From Thermodesulfobacteriota bacterium (GTDB taxonomy: Bacteria; Desulfobacterota; Desulfobacteria; Desulfobacterales; JACKCP01), in assembly GCA_051744925.1 (NCBI GenBank), contig JBNJDM010000004.1, forward strand, positions 1-44,401: 44,401 nt of DNA, given 5' to 3'. Below the pieces are notes generated by a model. It saw only the letters and a list, made by a program, of their open reading frames with translations, was not told the origin of the DNA and did no database searches. This document shows positions 30,591-41,138 of the stretch, in pieces (position 1 is the first letter of the stretch; the number at the start of each line of letters is the position of its first letter). The translations under genes were made by a program, and so were the position numbers.

Positions 30591-31673
30591 TTAACTTAGC
30601 TTTCCTTTTATTCTGTAATAGATTTCATCTGCTGCATTTGGTTTTGCAGCTTTTTTCATATTTTTGCTCATAGTTTCAAGCCTGTTTTTATCATTAATTA
30701 ATGATTTTACTGCTTCAGCAAGAACTTCACCTGTAAGATTTTTTTCTTCAATCAGTACTGCTGCATTATCACCTGCAAGAGATTTTGCATTAAAATACTG
30801 GTGATTGTGAGTAGCAAAAGGGAAGGGCACAAGTATTGCCGGAATTTTTGCGCATGTTAGTTCAGCAATTGTAGATGCACCTGCTCTTGCAATAATCAAA
30901 TCAGATTTTGAGTAAATATCAGTGATTTTACTGAAAAAAGGCTGAACTTCGAAATTAGCCTTTTTTTCAATAAAATTTTTTTTAACAAATTCATAGTCTT
31001 TTTCACCGGTTTGATGAATAAATTTCATTTTATCAAGGTCTTCAAAGAATTTGAGTGAATCGCATACTGCTTTGTTGATTGACTCAGCTCCCTGACTTCC
31101 GCCTGTAATAAAAATAGTTGCACTTTTTTTATCAGTTTTGTAAGCATTAAGGCCTATTTTTTTTCTTATTGGATTTCCTGTGAAAATATTTTTACCATCT
31201 GGTCCTAGTTTTGTATCAGGAAACGATGTAAAATTTAATTTTGCAAAATATGCAAAAATTTTATTCGAGATTCCAGGTACTGAATTTTGCTCCTGAAGAA
31301 ATACAGGAATATTTCCAATTATAGCTGCTATAATAACCGGTACAGAAACATATCCTCCAACCCCGATTACAGCATCTGCTTTAAACTTTTTAAGCTCTGT
31401 ACGCGCAAGTGATACAGATTTTAAGACTGTTAATAAGTTTTTAAATTTATTTAAAAAGCTTTTACCTAAAATTCCACCTGAAGGAATTACTTTATATTCA
31501 TAACCTTCATTATTTAAAATATTTTTTTCCAGAGAATTGCCTGTATTTAAAAACAGCACTTCATTTAAGGAGTTTTTTTCAGTAAATACATCAGCAAGAG
31601 CAACACCCGGATAAAGATGTCCTCCTGTTCCTCCTCCTGTTATAGCTATTTTGAAATTTTTCTTTTTATCCAT
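30591..31673 (-). CDS. murG: lipid I N-acetylglucosaminyltransferase
   Basis: GGGTGGHLYP, GGYVS, EQNSVPG, GGSQGA, RAGASTIAE. Confidence 0.97.
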   Translation of the reverse strand: MDKKKNFKIAITGGGTGGHLYPGVALADVFTEKNSLNEVLFLNTGNSLEKNILNNEGYEYKVIPSGGILGKSFLNKFKNLLTVLKSVSLARTELKKFKADAVIGVGGYVSVPVIIAAIIGNIPVFLQEQNSVPGISNKIFAYFAKLNFTSFPDTKLGPDGKNIFTGNPIRKKIGLNAYKTDKKSATIFITGGSQGAESINKAVCDSLKFFEDLDKMKFIHQTGEKDYEFVKKNFIEKKANFEVQPFFSKITDIYSKSDLIIARAGASTIAELTCAKIPAILVPFPFATHNHQYFNAKSLAGDNAAVLIEEKNLTGEVLAEAVKSLINDKNRLETMSKNMKKAAKPNAADEIYYRIKGKLS

Positions 31674-32787
31674 CTGAAGCAGCTCCGATATTCATTAGTA
31701 TTCCAACAGCTGACATATTCATTAACAGTGCTGTTCCTCCGTAACTGATAAAAGGGAGGGGCAACCCCTTAGGAGGCAAAATAGAAAGGGTTACCCCCAT
31801 ATTAATAACAACATGCAGTCCAATGACTGAAGTGATCCCTGTAGCAAGCAGTGATCCGAATTTATCCGGTGCACTTTCAGCAATTTTAAATCCTCTTATT
31901 AGAAATGCTGAAAAAAGGAAAATCAGAAAAAAAACTCCGATAAAGCCTGTTTCTTCACCTATTATTGAAAAAATAAAATCTGTATGTGATTCAGGAAGAT
32001 ATTCAAGTTTAAGCATTCCGTCTCCAAGCCCTGTTCCGAAAAAACCTCCATTAATGAATGCTTTTAAAGACATCGTTGCCTGGTATGAAATTGTAGAACT
32101 GTATTCCCAGGGATTAAGAAAGCTTAAAATTCTGTCTACCCTGTAATCCTGCTGAAGCATGAAAAATACACCAAGTATAAGTCCGGCAGATGTTAATAAA
32201 ACCATATGCTTTGTCCCTGCACCTCCTGAAACAAGCATTATCCAGATAATAGCTGCTATTATAACTATTGATCCGAAATCGGGCTGGAAATAAAGAAACA
32301 GTGCAAAAATTGCAAAAAGTATAAGGTGGGGAAGTATTCCTTTTTTAAAAGAATCCATGTCTTCCTGGTGAATCGAGATTGTATGTGCAAGGTATATAAT
32401 AATAGTATAAAATGAAAAAACTCCTGGTTGCAAAGATATAAATGGAAGTTTAAGCCATCTTGATGCTCCGCCCACTGTATGACCAAGAGGAGTGATATAG
32501 ATTGCAGCAAGAAGTAGAATAGATAAAACAATGCCGGGATACGCAGCTTTTTTTAAAGTTCTGTAAGGTAAAAATCTGAAAAAAAGAAGAGATACAAGTC
32601 CGCCTGCAGCAAAAATCAACTGTTTTTTGATGAAATAAAACTGGTCTCCGTAAATCCTTCCTGCTGAATGCAGACTTGCTGAATAAAGAACAATCAGGCC
32701 AAAAATCAGAATAAGAAGAAAAGATCCCCATAAAAAAGGATCCTCCAGGATAATTTTTTGAGACCGAAAATTTTGTTTTCTACTCAT
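31666..32787 (-). CDS. ftsW: SEDS peptidoglycan polymerase FtsW
   Basis: GGASRW, QPDFGS, YLPESHTDFIFS, LPFISYGG. Start moved to ATG 32787 (8-nt overlap with the murD stop). Confidence 0.95.
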   Translation of the reverse strand: MSRKQNFRSQKIILEDPFLWGSFLLILIFGLIVLYSASLHSAGRIYGDQFYFIKKQLIFAAGGLVSLLFFRFLPYRTLKKAAYPGIVLSILLLAAIYITPLGHTVGGASRWLKLPFISLQPGVFSFYTIIIYLAHTISIHQEDMDSFKKGILPHLILFAIFALFLYFQPDFGSIVIIAAIIWIMLVSGGAGTKHMVLLTSAGLILGVFFMLQQDYRVDRILSFLNPWEYSSTISYQATMSLKAFINGGFFGTGLGDGMLKLEYLPESHTDFIFSIIGEETGFIGVFFLIFLFSAFLIRGFKIAESAPDKFGSLLATGITSVIGLHVVINMGVTLSILPPKGLPLPFISYGGTALLMNMSAVGILMNIGAASDG

Positions 32788-34144
32788 GGCTTTTGTCCTG
32801 AAGTTTTTGTACGCAATCTTTGAATACTTCTCCTCTGTGCATGTAATTTTTAAACATATCAAAGCTTGAGCATGCAGGAGAAAAAAGTACTGTTCCATTA
32901 TCTTTTATATTATCAAATGCTTTGTTTACAGCATCTTCCATCGATTTGGCAAAAATGGTGTTTCCTTTGAAATTAACTTCTCTTTTTATTTTTTCCTTTG
33001 TTTCTCCAATAAGAATAAGGTTTTCTACTTTTTTGTTTATTATCTGTTCAAGCATTGCATAATCATAACCTTTGTCTTTTCCTCCCATTATAAGAGAAAT
33101 CACCCCATCCAGACCTTCAAGGGCTTTAAGTACAGAATCAGGATTTGTTGCCTTGGAATCGTTTATAAATTTAGTCTTTCCTACAGTTTTGCAGTATTCC
33201 ATTCTGTGGGGCAGCCCTTTGAAACACTCTATTGCTTTTTTAAGACCTTCCGGAGTTGCTCCGGCTTCAAAAGCAGCTGAGGCAGCTGCGCTCAGATTTT
33301 CCAGATTATGTCTTCCTTCAGGTTTAAATCTGCTTAAGTTAAAGTCTTGCTTAATATTATTAATATTTATTTTTAAATATCCGTTTTCAGCTGAAGCACT
33401 GTTTTGATCCTCAAGGTATTTGTTAAACCAGATTTTTTTTATGGAATGGTTGATTTTAATATTGTCATTTATGTTTAATACTGCGCAATGGGAAGAATTC
33501 ATATTTTTAAAAATATTCAGTTTCGATTTTTTATATCCTTCAAAACCGTCGTATCTGTCCAGGTGATCAGGAGTAATATTTAAAAGTACTGCAATATCAG
33601 GAGCAAAATTTATGGAAGTATCAATCTGAAAACTTGATACTTCTATTACCATTATATCGTAATCATCCTGGTTAAGTACCGCATCTGACAAAGGTGTACC
33701 AAGGTTGCCGCCTTTAAAAACTCTTTTATTGTCCAGGCTGAATATTTCTGCTGTAAGTTCTGTTACAGTACTTTTCCCGTTTGTTCCTGTAACTGCAATA
33801 ACAGGTTTGTTTATATAAGACCATGCAAGCTCAAGCTCTCCTGTTACAACTGCATTGTTCTGAGCTTTTGCTTCTTCGTATATTCTGCTTCTCTGATCTA
33901 TTCCAGGACTCAAAATTACAAGATCTGATTTTGCTATTTGTTTGTCAAAGTCTTTGCCTGTAAATATTTCAATATTTTTTTTGGATAATTTTTTTATTTC
34001 TTCTTTATTAATAATAGTTTCATCAATATCGCAGCCGCATACATTAAATCCTTTGCTGTGCAAAAGGTTTAGTGCAGATATTCCTGACTTACCAAGTCCA
34101 GCAACTGTTGTTTTTTTGTTTTTAAAATTATCAAAAAAATTCAT
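32780..34144 (-). CDS. murD: UDP-N-acetylmuramoyl-L-alanine--D-glutamate ligase
   Basis: GLGKSG, TGTNGKST, EVSSFQ, DHLDRY, NDSKATN, SPACSSFD. Confidence 0.97.
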   Translation of the reverse strand: MNFFDNFKNKKTTVAGLGKSGISALNLLHSKGFNVCGCDIDETIINKEEIKKLSKKNIEIFTGKDFDKQIAKSDLVILSPGIDQRSRIYEEAKAQNNAVVTGELELAWSYINKPVIAVTGTNGKSTVTELTAEIFSLDNKRVFKGGNLGTPLSDAVLNQDDYDIMVIEVSSFQIDTSINFAPDIAVLLNITPDHLDRYDGFEGYKKSKLNIFKNMNSSHCAVLNINDNIKINHSIKKIWFNKYLEDQNSASAENGYLKININNIKQDFNLSRFKPEGRHNLENLSAAASAAFEAGATPEGLKKAIECFKGLPHRMEYCKTVGKTKFINDSKATNPDSVLKALEGLDGVISLIMGGKDKGYDYAMLEQIINKKVENLILIGETKEKIKREVNFKGNTIFAKSMEDAVNKAFDNIKDNGTVLFSPACSSFDMFKNYMHRGEVFKDCVQKLQDKSHE

Positions 34145-34145
34145 T

Positions 34146-35225
34146 TTATCTTATCTTTAATGTTGAAATTGCAATAAGGGCAAAGATTACTGCTACAATC
34201 CAGAATCTTACAATTATTTTAGATTCTTCCCAGTTGATCATTTCAAAATGATGATGTATGGGCGCCATTCTGAAAAATCTTTTACCTTTTGTAATTTTAA
34301 AATATAAAACCTGTATTATTACAGACAAAGCCTCTATAACAAAAACACCGCCTATTATTACAAGAAGAATTTCCTGTTTTGTAAGAACTGCTATTGTTCC
34401 AAGCAAAGCTCCCAGCGGAAGAGATCCTGTATCTCCCATGAAAATATTTGCAGGTTTTGCATTAAACCATAAAAAACCAAGGCCTGCGCCTGCAATGGCT
34501 CCGCAGAGAATTGTAAGTTCCGCGCATCCTGGTACATATGTAATCTGAAGATACTCAGCAAGTTTTGCGTGTCCTGCAAGATATGAAAAAAGGAGAAAGG
34601 TTGATGCAGCAATTGTTACTGATCCTATTGCCAGTCCGTCAAGCCCGTCTGTGAGATTTACCGCATTGGAAGATCCTGTGATTACAAGGGCTGCAAAAAA
34701 TATATAACTCATTCCAAGGTCTATTGATACATCTTTAAAAAACGGGAAGTGCAGCTCAGTGTTAAATCCCGGGGTAAGATAGATAAGTATACCTGCTATA
34801 AGAGATATGGAAATCTGCATTAAAAATTTATTTCTTGCGCTTAAGCCTTCTCCCTCTTTTTTTATCTGCTTGATGTAATCATCTGTAAATCCTACAGCAG
34901 TAAATCCTATTGTAATTATTATTGTTATCCAGACATAAAAAGTATCAAACCTTCCCCACAAAATTAATGAAAAAAGAGTAGCCCCTATAATCAGAAGTCC
35001 TCCCATTGTAGGAGTTCCCTTTTTTTCATAATGGCTTGTTGGCCCGCATTCTCTGATAAATTGTCCGATCTGTAGTTTTTCCATAAAAGCAATAAAGCAG
35101 GGGCCTATAATCAGGCATAAAAGAAAAGCAGTTACTCCGGAATATATTGTTCGAAATGTTATATACTGAAAAATATTAAAAAATGTAATGTCTGTATGTA
35201 AAGGGTATAATAGATAATAAAGCAT
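34146..35225 (-). CDS. mraY: phospho-N-acetylmuramoyl-pentapeptide transferase
   Basis: KGTPTMGG, NAVNLTDGLDG, FMGDTGS, MAPIHHHFE. Confidence 0.98.
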   Translation of the reverse strand: MLYYLLYPLHTDITFFNIFQYITFRTIYSGVTAFLLCLIIGPCFIAFMEKLQIGQFIRECGPTSHYEKKGTPTMGGLLIIGATLFSLILWGRFDTFYVWITIIITIGFTAVGFTDDYIKQIKKEGEGLSARNKFLMQISISLIAGILIYLTPGFNTELHFPFFKDVSIDLGMSYIFFAALVITGSSNAVNLTDGLDGLAIGSVTIAASTFLLFSYLAGHAKLAEYLQITYVPGCAELTILCGAIAGAGLGFLWFNAKPANIFMGDTGSLPLGALLGTIAVLTKQEILLVIIGGVFVIEALSVIIQVLYFKITKGKRFFRMAPIHHHFEMINWEESKIIVRFWIVAVIFALIAISTLKIR

Positions 35226-35228
35226 ATT

Positions 35229-36644
35229 CTACTCCGGTTTTTCTGTTAGTCTTTTTAAAACATTTTCCATTTTTGAGCCTCTTGAGCCCTTAATAAGTAT
35301 CCAGTCACCCGGAGATGCCATGGACAATAGCTTTTGGGAAATTTCTTCATGATTTCCTGTGAAAATATATGTTCTGCCGTTCGATTTATTCTCAGCTCCT
35401 TCTGCTGTAGATTTAGCAAAATCGCCGTAAATAAAAATACCTTCAGGATTTATCTCGGCTGCAGTCTCTCCGGCAGATCTGTGATATTTGGCTGAGTCTT
35501 TGCCAAGTTCAAGCATATCTCCAATCACTATGAAGCATCTGTTTTTATTTCTGATCTGATTAAAATCGTTGATAGAGGCTTTTAAAGATTCAGGATTGGA
35601 ATTGTATGTATCATCTATGATATTAAGACCTGAATTAGTATTGCAGATTTTGAAAAACCTTCCTTCAATTCCGGAAAATTTTAAAAGACCAGCTTTTACA
35701 GATTCTGTATCTGCTTTTGCAGTAAGTGCAGCAAGAGTAGCTACAGCAGCATTTTTAATAGCTGTGTTCCCAAAAACCCTGAGTCTTATTTCAAAAATCT
35801 GTTTTTTTTCTTCAATCCCGCCGGTAAGAATTGCACTTGATAATTCTTCTGAGATATCAGGTTCTGAAATAATCAGATCTGAACTTTCTGAATAACCGAA
35901 TTTCAAAACTTTATGATCTGTCAGATATTTACAAAGAATAGAGTCCTCATCATTTATAATTACAAATGATCCTTTTTCCATACCCTGACAAACAGAAGCT
36001 TTTTCAGCTGCGATCTCCTCAATATCAGAAAATGATTCTATGTGTGCAGGAGCGATTTTGGTTATCAAAGCTATATCAGGTCTTGCTATTTGAGAAAGAT
36101 ATCCGATTTCCCCTTTGGAGTTCATGCCCATTTCTATAACAGCAAAGTCGTGGTCAGTTTGTGCTTTAAGAAGGGTAAGCGGAACTCCGATATGGTTGTT
36201 ATAGTTTTTCTCCGGACCCAGTACGCTATGTTTTTCCTTAAGAATAGATTTGAGCATTTCTCTTGTTGTGGTTTTTCCTGCTGATCCTGTAATTCCGATT
36301 ACTTTAAGATCAAGATTTTTTCTTTTGTAACCGGCTAAATCTCCAAGAGCTTTTACTGTGTCGTCTACAGCAATTGCAGTAAGTTCAGAAAATTTTTCTA
36401 CAAGCTCCTTTTTATCTTTGTTTATAATTACTGCAGCAGCACCTGCTTTTGCTGCAGTTTCTATAAAATCATGTCCGTCAAAGTTTTCTCCTTTTAAAGC
36501 TATAAAAAGGGATCCTTTATCAAGTTTTCTGGAATCTATGGAGATATCACCTGAAAATTCATAACTTCCTGTCTGAAGAATTATTCCTGAGCAGGCTTTT
36601 GTTATTATATCAATATTTTTAAGTACGGTTTCTTTATGAGCCAT
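35229..36644 (-). CDS. murF: UDP-N-acetylmuramoyl-tripeptide--D-Ala-D-Ala ligase
   Basis: IDSRK, GSAGKTTT, NNHIGVPLT, DDTYNSNP, GDMLELG, KGSRG. Start moved to ATG 36644. Confidence 0.96.
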   Translation of the reverse strand: MAHKETVLKNIDIITKACSGIILQTGSYEFSGDISIDSRKLDKGSLFIALKGENFDGHDFIETAAKAGAAAVIINKDKKELVEKFSELTAIAVDDTVKALGDLAGYKRKNLDLKVIGITGSAGKTTTREMLKSILKEKHSVLGPEKNYNNHIGVPLTLLKAQTDHDFAVIEMGMNSKGEIGYLSQIARPDIALITKIAPAHIESFSDIEEIAAEKASVCQGMEKGSFVIINDEDSILCKYLTDHKVLKFGYSESSDLIISEPDISEELSSAILTGGIEEKKQIFEIRLRVFGNTAIKNAAVATLAALTAKADTESVKAGLLKFSGIEGRFFKICNTNSGLNIIDDTYNSNPESLKASINDFNQIRNKNRCFIVIGDMLELGKDSAKYHRSAGETAAEINPEGIFIYGDFAKSTAEGAENKSNGRTYIFTGNHEEISQKLLSMASPGDWILIKGSRGSKMENVLKRLTEKPE

Positions 36645-38184
36645 AAATTTTTTCCACCTCTTCACGTGCAACAAGATTATCATCAAATGATACTTTTGTT
36701 CTGCCTGTTATCTGATAGTCTTCATGGCCTTTTCCTGCTATAAGAATGCAGTCGTCTTCCCTGGAAATTGCTATTGCTTTGTTTATTGCTTTTCTTCTGT
36801 CAGGTTCTGTAATGTAGATACTGTTTTTTGTTTTTAAAATATTGTCAGTGTCTGTTTTTACAGCTGATGATTTTATTCCCTGTTCTATTTCTGAAATAAT
36901 AAAATCAGGATCTTCGGTTCTTGGGTTATCTGAGGTGATTATTGTAATATCAGCCAGTTCTCCTGAAATTTTACCCATTAAGGCTCTTTTTTTTCTGTCT
37001 CTGTCGCCTCCGCACCCGAAAACCGAGATTAGTCTGTTTTTACATAAAGGTTTGAGGCTTTTTAAAACATTTTCAAGGGCATCAGGAGTATGGGCATAAT
37101 CAACAAAAATAAAAGGCCTTTTGCTGTTTTTAACCTGTTCAAGTCTTCCTGCGATTGATTTTGCGTTTTGTATAAGGTCTGAGCATTTTTCAGGAGATAC
37201 CCCTGAGCAGACTGAAGCTGCAAAAGCTGCAAGTATATTTTGTGTATTATGTCTGCCTGAAAGTTTTGATGAGAAATTGTATGATTTGTTTTCAAACTTA
37301 ATAGTGCCGGTAGTATTGTTAAGTTTGATTTCTATGCTTTCAGCTTTGAAATCTGCATCATGTTCAGCAGAAAAAGAATAAATATTTTTTTTGTTTTTTT
37401 CCCTGAAAAATTTTAAAAAGCTTTTTCCATATTCATCATCACTGTTTATTATCCCTTTTGCAGGTAAATATTGTTCATATCCTTCAATCCTTGTGATTAA
37501 AAAGTCTTTTTTAACTTTCCAGTAGTTTTCCATTGTTTTGTGAAAATCGAGATGATCCTGGGTAAGATTGGTGAATACAACTGTATTGAAATTTACGTCT
37601 GCAACTCTTAAAAGTTCAGCAGCATGTGAAGAGACCTCAATAATTATGTCTGTTACATGGTTGTCTTTCATGCGCCTGATAATTTCCTGAAGATCCTTTG
37701 ATTCAGGAGTTGTTGTGCTGTTTTCAGTTTTTTCCACAGTTTTGTCAGGAAGTATGAAATGTGAGTCTATAGTACCTATGAAGCCAGGGTTTTTACCTGC
37801 GCCTTCAAGTATTTTTTCAATTATTGTTCCTGTTGTTGTTTTACCGTTTGTTCCGGTTATTCCGATAATATTTATTTTTTGTGAAGGAAAGTCGTAAAAA
37901 GCCGCAGATATAAATGAAAGGGCTCTTCTTGAATCTGATACTATTATCTGGGGTATTTCAATATTTTTGATTTTTCTTTCGCAGATAATTCCTGCAGCCC
38001 CTTTTTTTACAGCTTCAACAATATAGTCATGCCCGTCTGCTGTAAAACCTTTTACAGCCACAAAAATATCACCTGGTATTGTGTGTAATGAATTGTAGGA
38101 GATCCCTGTGAAATCAGGAAAGTTTTCAGGAGCTTCAATTATTGAAAAAGGGAGTTTAGTCTTCCAGATATTATTACTCTGCAT
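36634..38184 (-). CDS. murE: UDP-N-acetylmuramoyl-dipeptide--meso-diaminopimelate ligase
   Basis: TGTNGKTT, TTPE, EVSSH, DYAHTPD, and DNPR (the meso-DAP specificity motif). Start at ATG 38184. Confidence 0.97.
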   Translation of the reverse strand: MQSNNIWKTKLPFSIIEAPENFPDFTGISYNSLHTIPGDIFVAVKGFTADGHDYIVEAVKKGAAGIICERKIKNIEIPQIIVSDSRRALSFISAAFYDFPSQKINIIGITGTNGKTTTGTIIEKILEGAGKNPGFIGTIDSHFILPDKTVEKTENSTTTPESKDLQEIIRRMKDNHVTDIIIEVSSHAAELLRVADVNFNTVVFTNLTQDHLDFHKTMENYWKVKKDFLITRIEGYEQYLPAKGIINSDDEYGKSFLKFFREKNKKNIYSFSAEHDADFKAESIEIKLNNTTGTIKFENKSYNFSSKLSGRHNTQNILAAFAASVCSGVSPEKCSDLIQNAKSIAGRLEQVKNSKRPFIFVDYAHTPDALENVLKSLKPLCKNRLISVFGCGGDRDRKKRALMGKISGELADITIITSDNPRTEDPDFIISEIEQGIKSSAVKTDTDNILKTKNSIYITEPDRRKAINKAIAISREDDCILIAGKGHEDYQITGRTKVSFDDNLVAREEVEKIYGS

Positions 38185-39928
38185 AAAGATCACCTTTGAG
38201 TGCCACAGTTATATCTTCCGGAAGAACATTTAAATAGCGGAGAGTTTTGGTTGTTATATCCTTAAAAACTGGAGCTGCAACTATTCCTCCGTAATAAGAT
38301 TCTGTTGGTTCATCTACTGCAACCATTACCGCAATTTCAGGCTGTTTGGCAGGAGCAAAACCAAGAAATGTAGATATATATTTTTCTCTGGAGTATTTAC
38401 CTTCAGGAGTAAGTTTTTGTGAAGTCCCTGTTTTACCTGCGGCTGTATATCCTGAAGGCTGAGCATTTTTGCCAGTTCCCTGGGTTATAACCTTTGCCAT
38501 TATCTGTTTTAATGTTTCAGATGTGTGTTCAGACAAAACCTTTTTTTTAAAGGTTTTTGAAAATCTGTTATAAGTTTTTCCGTCCGGATTTTTTATCTCT
38601 TTTACAATATAGGGTTCTAAAAGATCTCCGTTATTTGCTATTGCTGAAACAGCAGTTGTCATCTGTATTGATGATGCTGTTATTCCCTGTCCGAATGCAA
38701 TATTGCTTGTATCTATTTTAGTCCACTGATTTGAAGGTCTTAAAATTCCCCTTGTTTCTACAGCTAAATCGATTCCTGTTTTTTCTCCGAATCCGAAATC
38801 TCTTAAAATTTTGTAAAAAGAATTTCTGCCTACTGTTTCTGCAATTTTTGTAGCACCTATATTGCTTGAGTATTTTATGATGTCGCTTACAGGAAGCCAT
38901 TTGTATGGTTTTGTGTCGTGTATTGTAATCGGCCCTATTTTGTATGATCCGTTCTGGCAGTAATAAATTGAATTTTTTGTGCAAAATTCCGACTCTATTG
39001 CACCTGCTGCAAGAAAAACCTTGAGAACTGAACCAGGCTCAAAGCTGTCAAGTGCATTTCTGTTGTTCCATTGATGTGAACTAAAATCTGAGTAACTGTT
39101 GGGGTTGAAAAAAGGGTACTGTGCCATTGCAAGGACTTCGCCTGAGTTCGGATCCATTACAACGGCTTTTCCGTTTTTTGCATTAAATTTTTTTATTGTT
39201 TTTTCAAGTGCTTCTTCTGCAATATGCTGGATATTCTTATCAATGGTCAGGTATAAATCCTTTCCCGGTTTTATTTCCTTGTCATTATAATAAGGCTTTT
39301 TGTACCAGTTTCCTTTTCCAGCAGAAACTATTGAGACTTCAGCAGTATCTCCTTTTAGAACTTCATCATATTCTCTTTCAATTCCGGTTTTATGGTTGTC
39401 CATATTTGAAAAGCCGATAACAGCTCCTGCAAGCTCTTTGTTCGGATATATTCTCTTGTGGGTCTTTATTTTTTCAAAAAGCCTTGAATCAAGGTTGTAT
39501 TTTTTTTCAAGTTCTGTGAGTTCTTCAATCTCTTGCTCAGATGCTTTTCTTTTAAGAAATGTAAAATTAGAGTTTGATGAAAATTTCTTTTTTACCTGGC
39601 TTGCTGAAAGACCTGTTGCTTCTCCGAGCAGAGCATAGTTGCTGAAATTACCTTTGAAACCGGGTCTTAAGCCTATATCCCAGGAATCAACGCTGATTGC
39701 CAGCACTTCGCCGTTTCTGTCGAATATTGTTCCTCTTTTTTCCTTAAGAGTTATTTTTTTTGAATAAATATTCAAGGTCTGTTCTCTTAGCCCTGCATCT
39801 GAGAAGTTCTGGATAATAAAAGCTCTTCCTATAACCGCAAGAATGCATATATAAAAACAATATTTAATTATTCTTATTCTTAATAAAAAGTTACAGCTGT
39901 TTTTTTTCTTTTTGTATTCTGTATTCAT
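38174..39928 (-). CDS. ftsI: division transpeptidase PBP3
   Basis: RGTIFDRNG, FEPGSVLK, SSNIG, GKTGTSQK; dcw position. Confidence 0.95.
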   Translation of the reverse strand: MNTEYKKKKNSCNFLLRIRIIKYCFYICILAVIGRAFIIQNFSDAGLREQTLNIYSKKITLKEKRGTIFDRNGEVLAISVDSWDIGLRPGFKGNFSNYALLGEATGLSASQVKKKFSSNSNFTFLKRKASEQEIEELTELEKKYNLDSRLFEKIKTHKRIYPNKELAGAVIGFSNMDNHKTGIEREYDEVLKGDTAEVSIVSAGKGNWYKKPYYNDKEIKPGKDLYLTIDKNIQHIAEEALEKTIKKFNAKNGKAVVMDPNSGEVLAMAQYPFFNPNSYSDFSSHQWNNRNALDSFEPGSVLKVFLAAGAIESEFCTKNSIYYCQNGSYKIGPITIHDTKPYKWLPVSDIIKYSSNIGATKIAETVGRNSFYKILRDFGFGEKTGIDLAVETRGILRPSNQWTKIDTSNIAFGQGITASSIQMTTAVSAIANNGDLLEPYIVKEIKNPDGKTYNRFSKTFKKKVLSEHTSETLKQIMAKVITQGTGKNAQPSGYTAAGKTGTSQKLTPEGKYSREKYISTFLGFAPAKQPEIAVMVAVDEPTESYYGGIVAAPVFKDITTKTLRYLNVLPEDITVALKGDLYAE

Positions 39929-40188
39929 TTTATTATTTCCACCTGGTTGCTGTCTGGTGTATCAAACCCTGAAGAGTCTATGAATTTTTCAATTCTTTCA
40001 GGAGATTTTAGTCTTGCCAGCTCGGTTTTCAGTATTCTTCTTTTTTCCAGAAGATCATATTTTTTCTGGTTTATTTTTGTTATTTCAAAAGATAACTCTT
40101 TGTACTGGCCTGATGTCCATACATGAAAAAAAAGGTTTAAAAATAAAACTAAAAGCATTGTTATTATGGCAGCCGGCTTTGTTTCCAT
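39925..40188 (-). CDS. ftsL: cell division protein FtsL
   Basis: TM segment plus leucine zipper ending LKSPERIE, between rsmH and ftsI. Confidence 0.88.
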   Translation of the reverse strand: METKPAAIITMLLVLFLNLFFHVWTSGQYKELSFEITKINQKKYDLLEKRRILKTELARLKSPERIEKFIDSSGFDTPDSNQVEIIK

Positions 40189-40196
40189 TTTATTTC

Positions 40197-41135
40197 CTAT
40201 ATTTTTTCAAGAACTCTCAGTTTTGTACTTCTTGCCCTTGGATTTTTTTCTTTTTCCTGCTCAGAAGGTAGAAGAGGCTTTCTTGCCACAAGCCTGAACT
40301 CGCTGACTCTTCCGCATCCGCATACAGGCAGCCCCGGAGGACATACACAATCTGTACACAGATCTCTGAACCTGTGTTTTACAATCCTGTCTTCAAGGGA
40401 ATGGAATGTAAAAACACATAATCTTGCTTCAGGTTCCAGAAGGTATGGAGCATTATCTAAAAATTTTTCAAGAGCTTTAAGCTCATTATTTACTTCAATT
40501 CTTATTGCCATGAAGCATTTTGTTGCCGGATGAATTTTCATTGTTTTTGAGAATTTATCCGGTATTGCAGATTTTATGATTTCTGCAAGCTCAAGAGTTG
40601 AGTTTATTTCGCCTTGTTTTCTCTGTTTATCTATCCTGTTGGCAATTCTTGAGGCGAATTTTTCTTCGCCGTATTTTTTGAAAATATTAAAAAGTTCTTC
40701 TGAAGAGTAATCATTAACTATATCTCTTGCAGAAAAACCTGATGATTTGTCCATTCTCATGTCAAGCGGGCCTTCTTTTAAAAAGCTGAAACCTCTTTGG
40801 TCATTGTCCAGGTGATGTGACGAAACTCCAAGATCAGCAATTATACCGCTTATTTTTTCAATTTTGTTTTTATAAAGAACTTCTTTTATATCGGAAAAAT
40901 TTGAGTGATAAAGACTTATCCTTTCCGAGTATTTTGAAAGAACATCTCTGGCATTTTCTATTGCTGTTAAATCCTGATCGATTCCTATTAGTTTTCCATC
41001 AGGTGCAGTTTTTTCAAGAATCATTGCCGCATGACCGCATCCGCCAAGAGTGCAGTCTATATAAGTATTTCCGGGTTTTAATCTTAGCTTTTCTATAATC
41101 TCTTCAGGCATAACAGGGCTGTGAGAATATTCCAT
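40197..41135 (-). CDS. rsmH: 16S rRNA m4C1402 methyltransferase
   Basis: HSPVM, DCTLGGCGHA, DLGVSS, GPLDMRM, FHSLEDR, NPRARS. Confidence 0.98.
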   Translation of the reverse strand: MEYSHSPVMPEEIIEKLRLKPGNTYIDCTLGGCGHAAMILEKTAPDGKLIGIDQDLTAIENARDVLSKYSERISLYHSNFSDIKEVLYKNKIEKISGIIADLGVSSHHLDNDQRGFSFLKEGPLDMRMDKSSGFSARDIVNDYSSEELFNIFKKYGEEKFASRIANRIDKQRKQGEINSTLELAEIIKSAIPDKFSKTMKIHPATKCFMAIRIEVNNELKALEKFLDNAPYLLEPEARLCVFTFHSLEDRIVKHRFRDLCTDCVCPPGLPVCGCGRVSEFRLVARKPLLPSEQEKEKNPRARSTKLRVLEKI

Positions 41136-41138
41136 TTT

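Noticed and set aside
32788-32898. Long N-terminal extensions given by the ORF track for ftsW (likewise murF, murE, rodA, the reductase)
   Set aside because: Downstream ATGs give typical 8-11-nt overlaps or a proper RBS and normal protein lengths.
40310-40360. Cys-rich CTDCVCPPGLPVCGC segment in RsmH
   Set aside because: A similar CxCPPxxPxCxC insert is familiar from many RsmH proteins, so not unusual.
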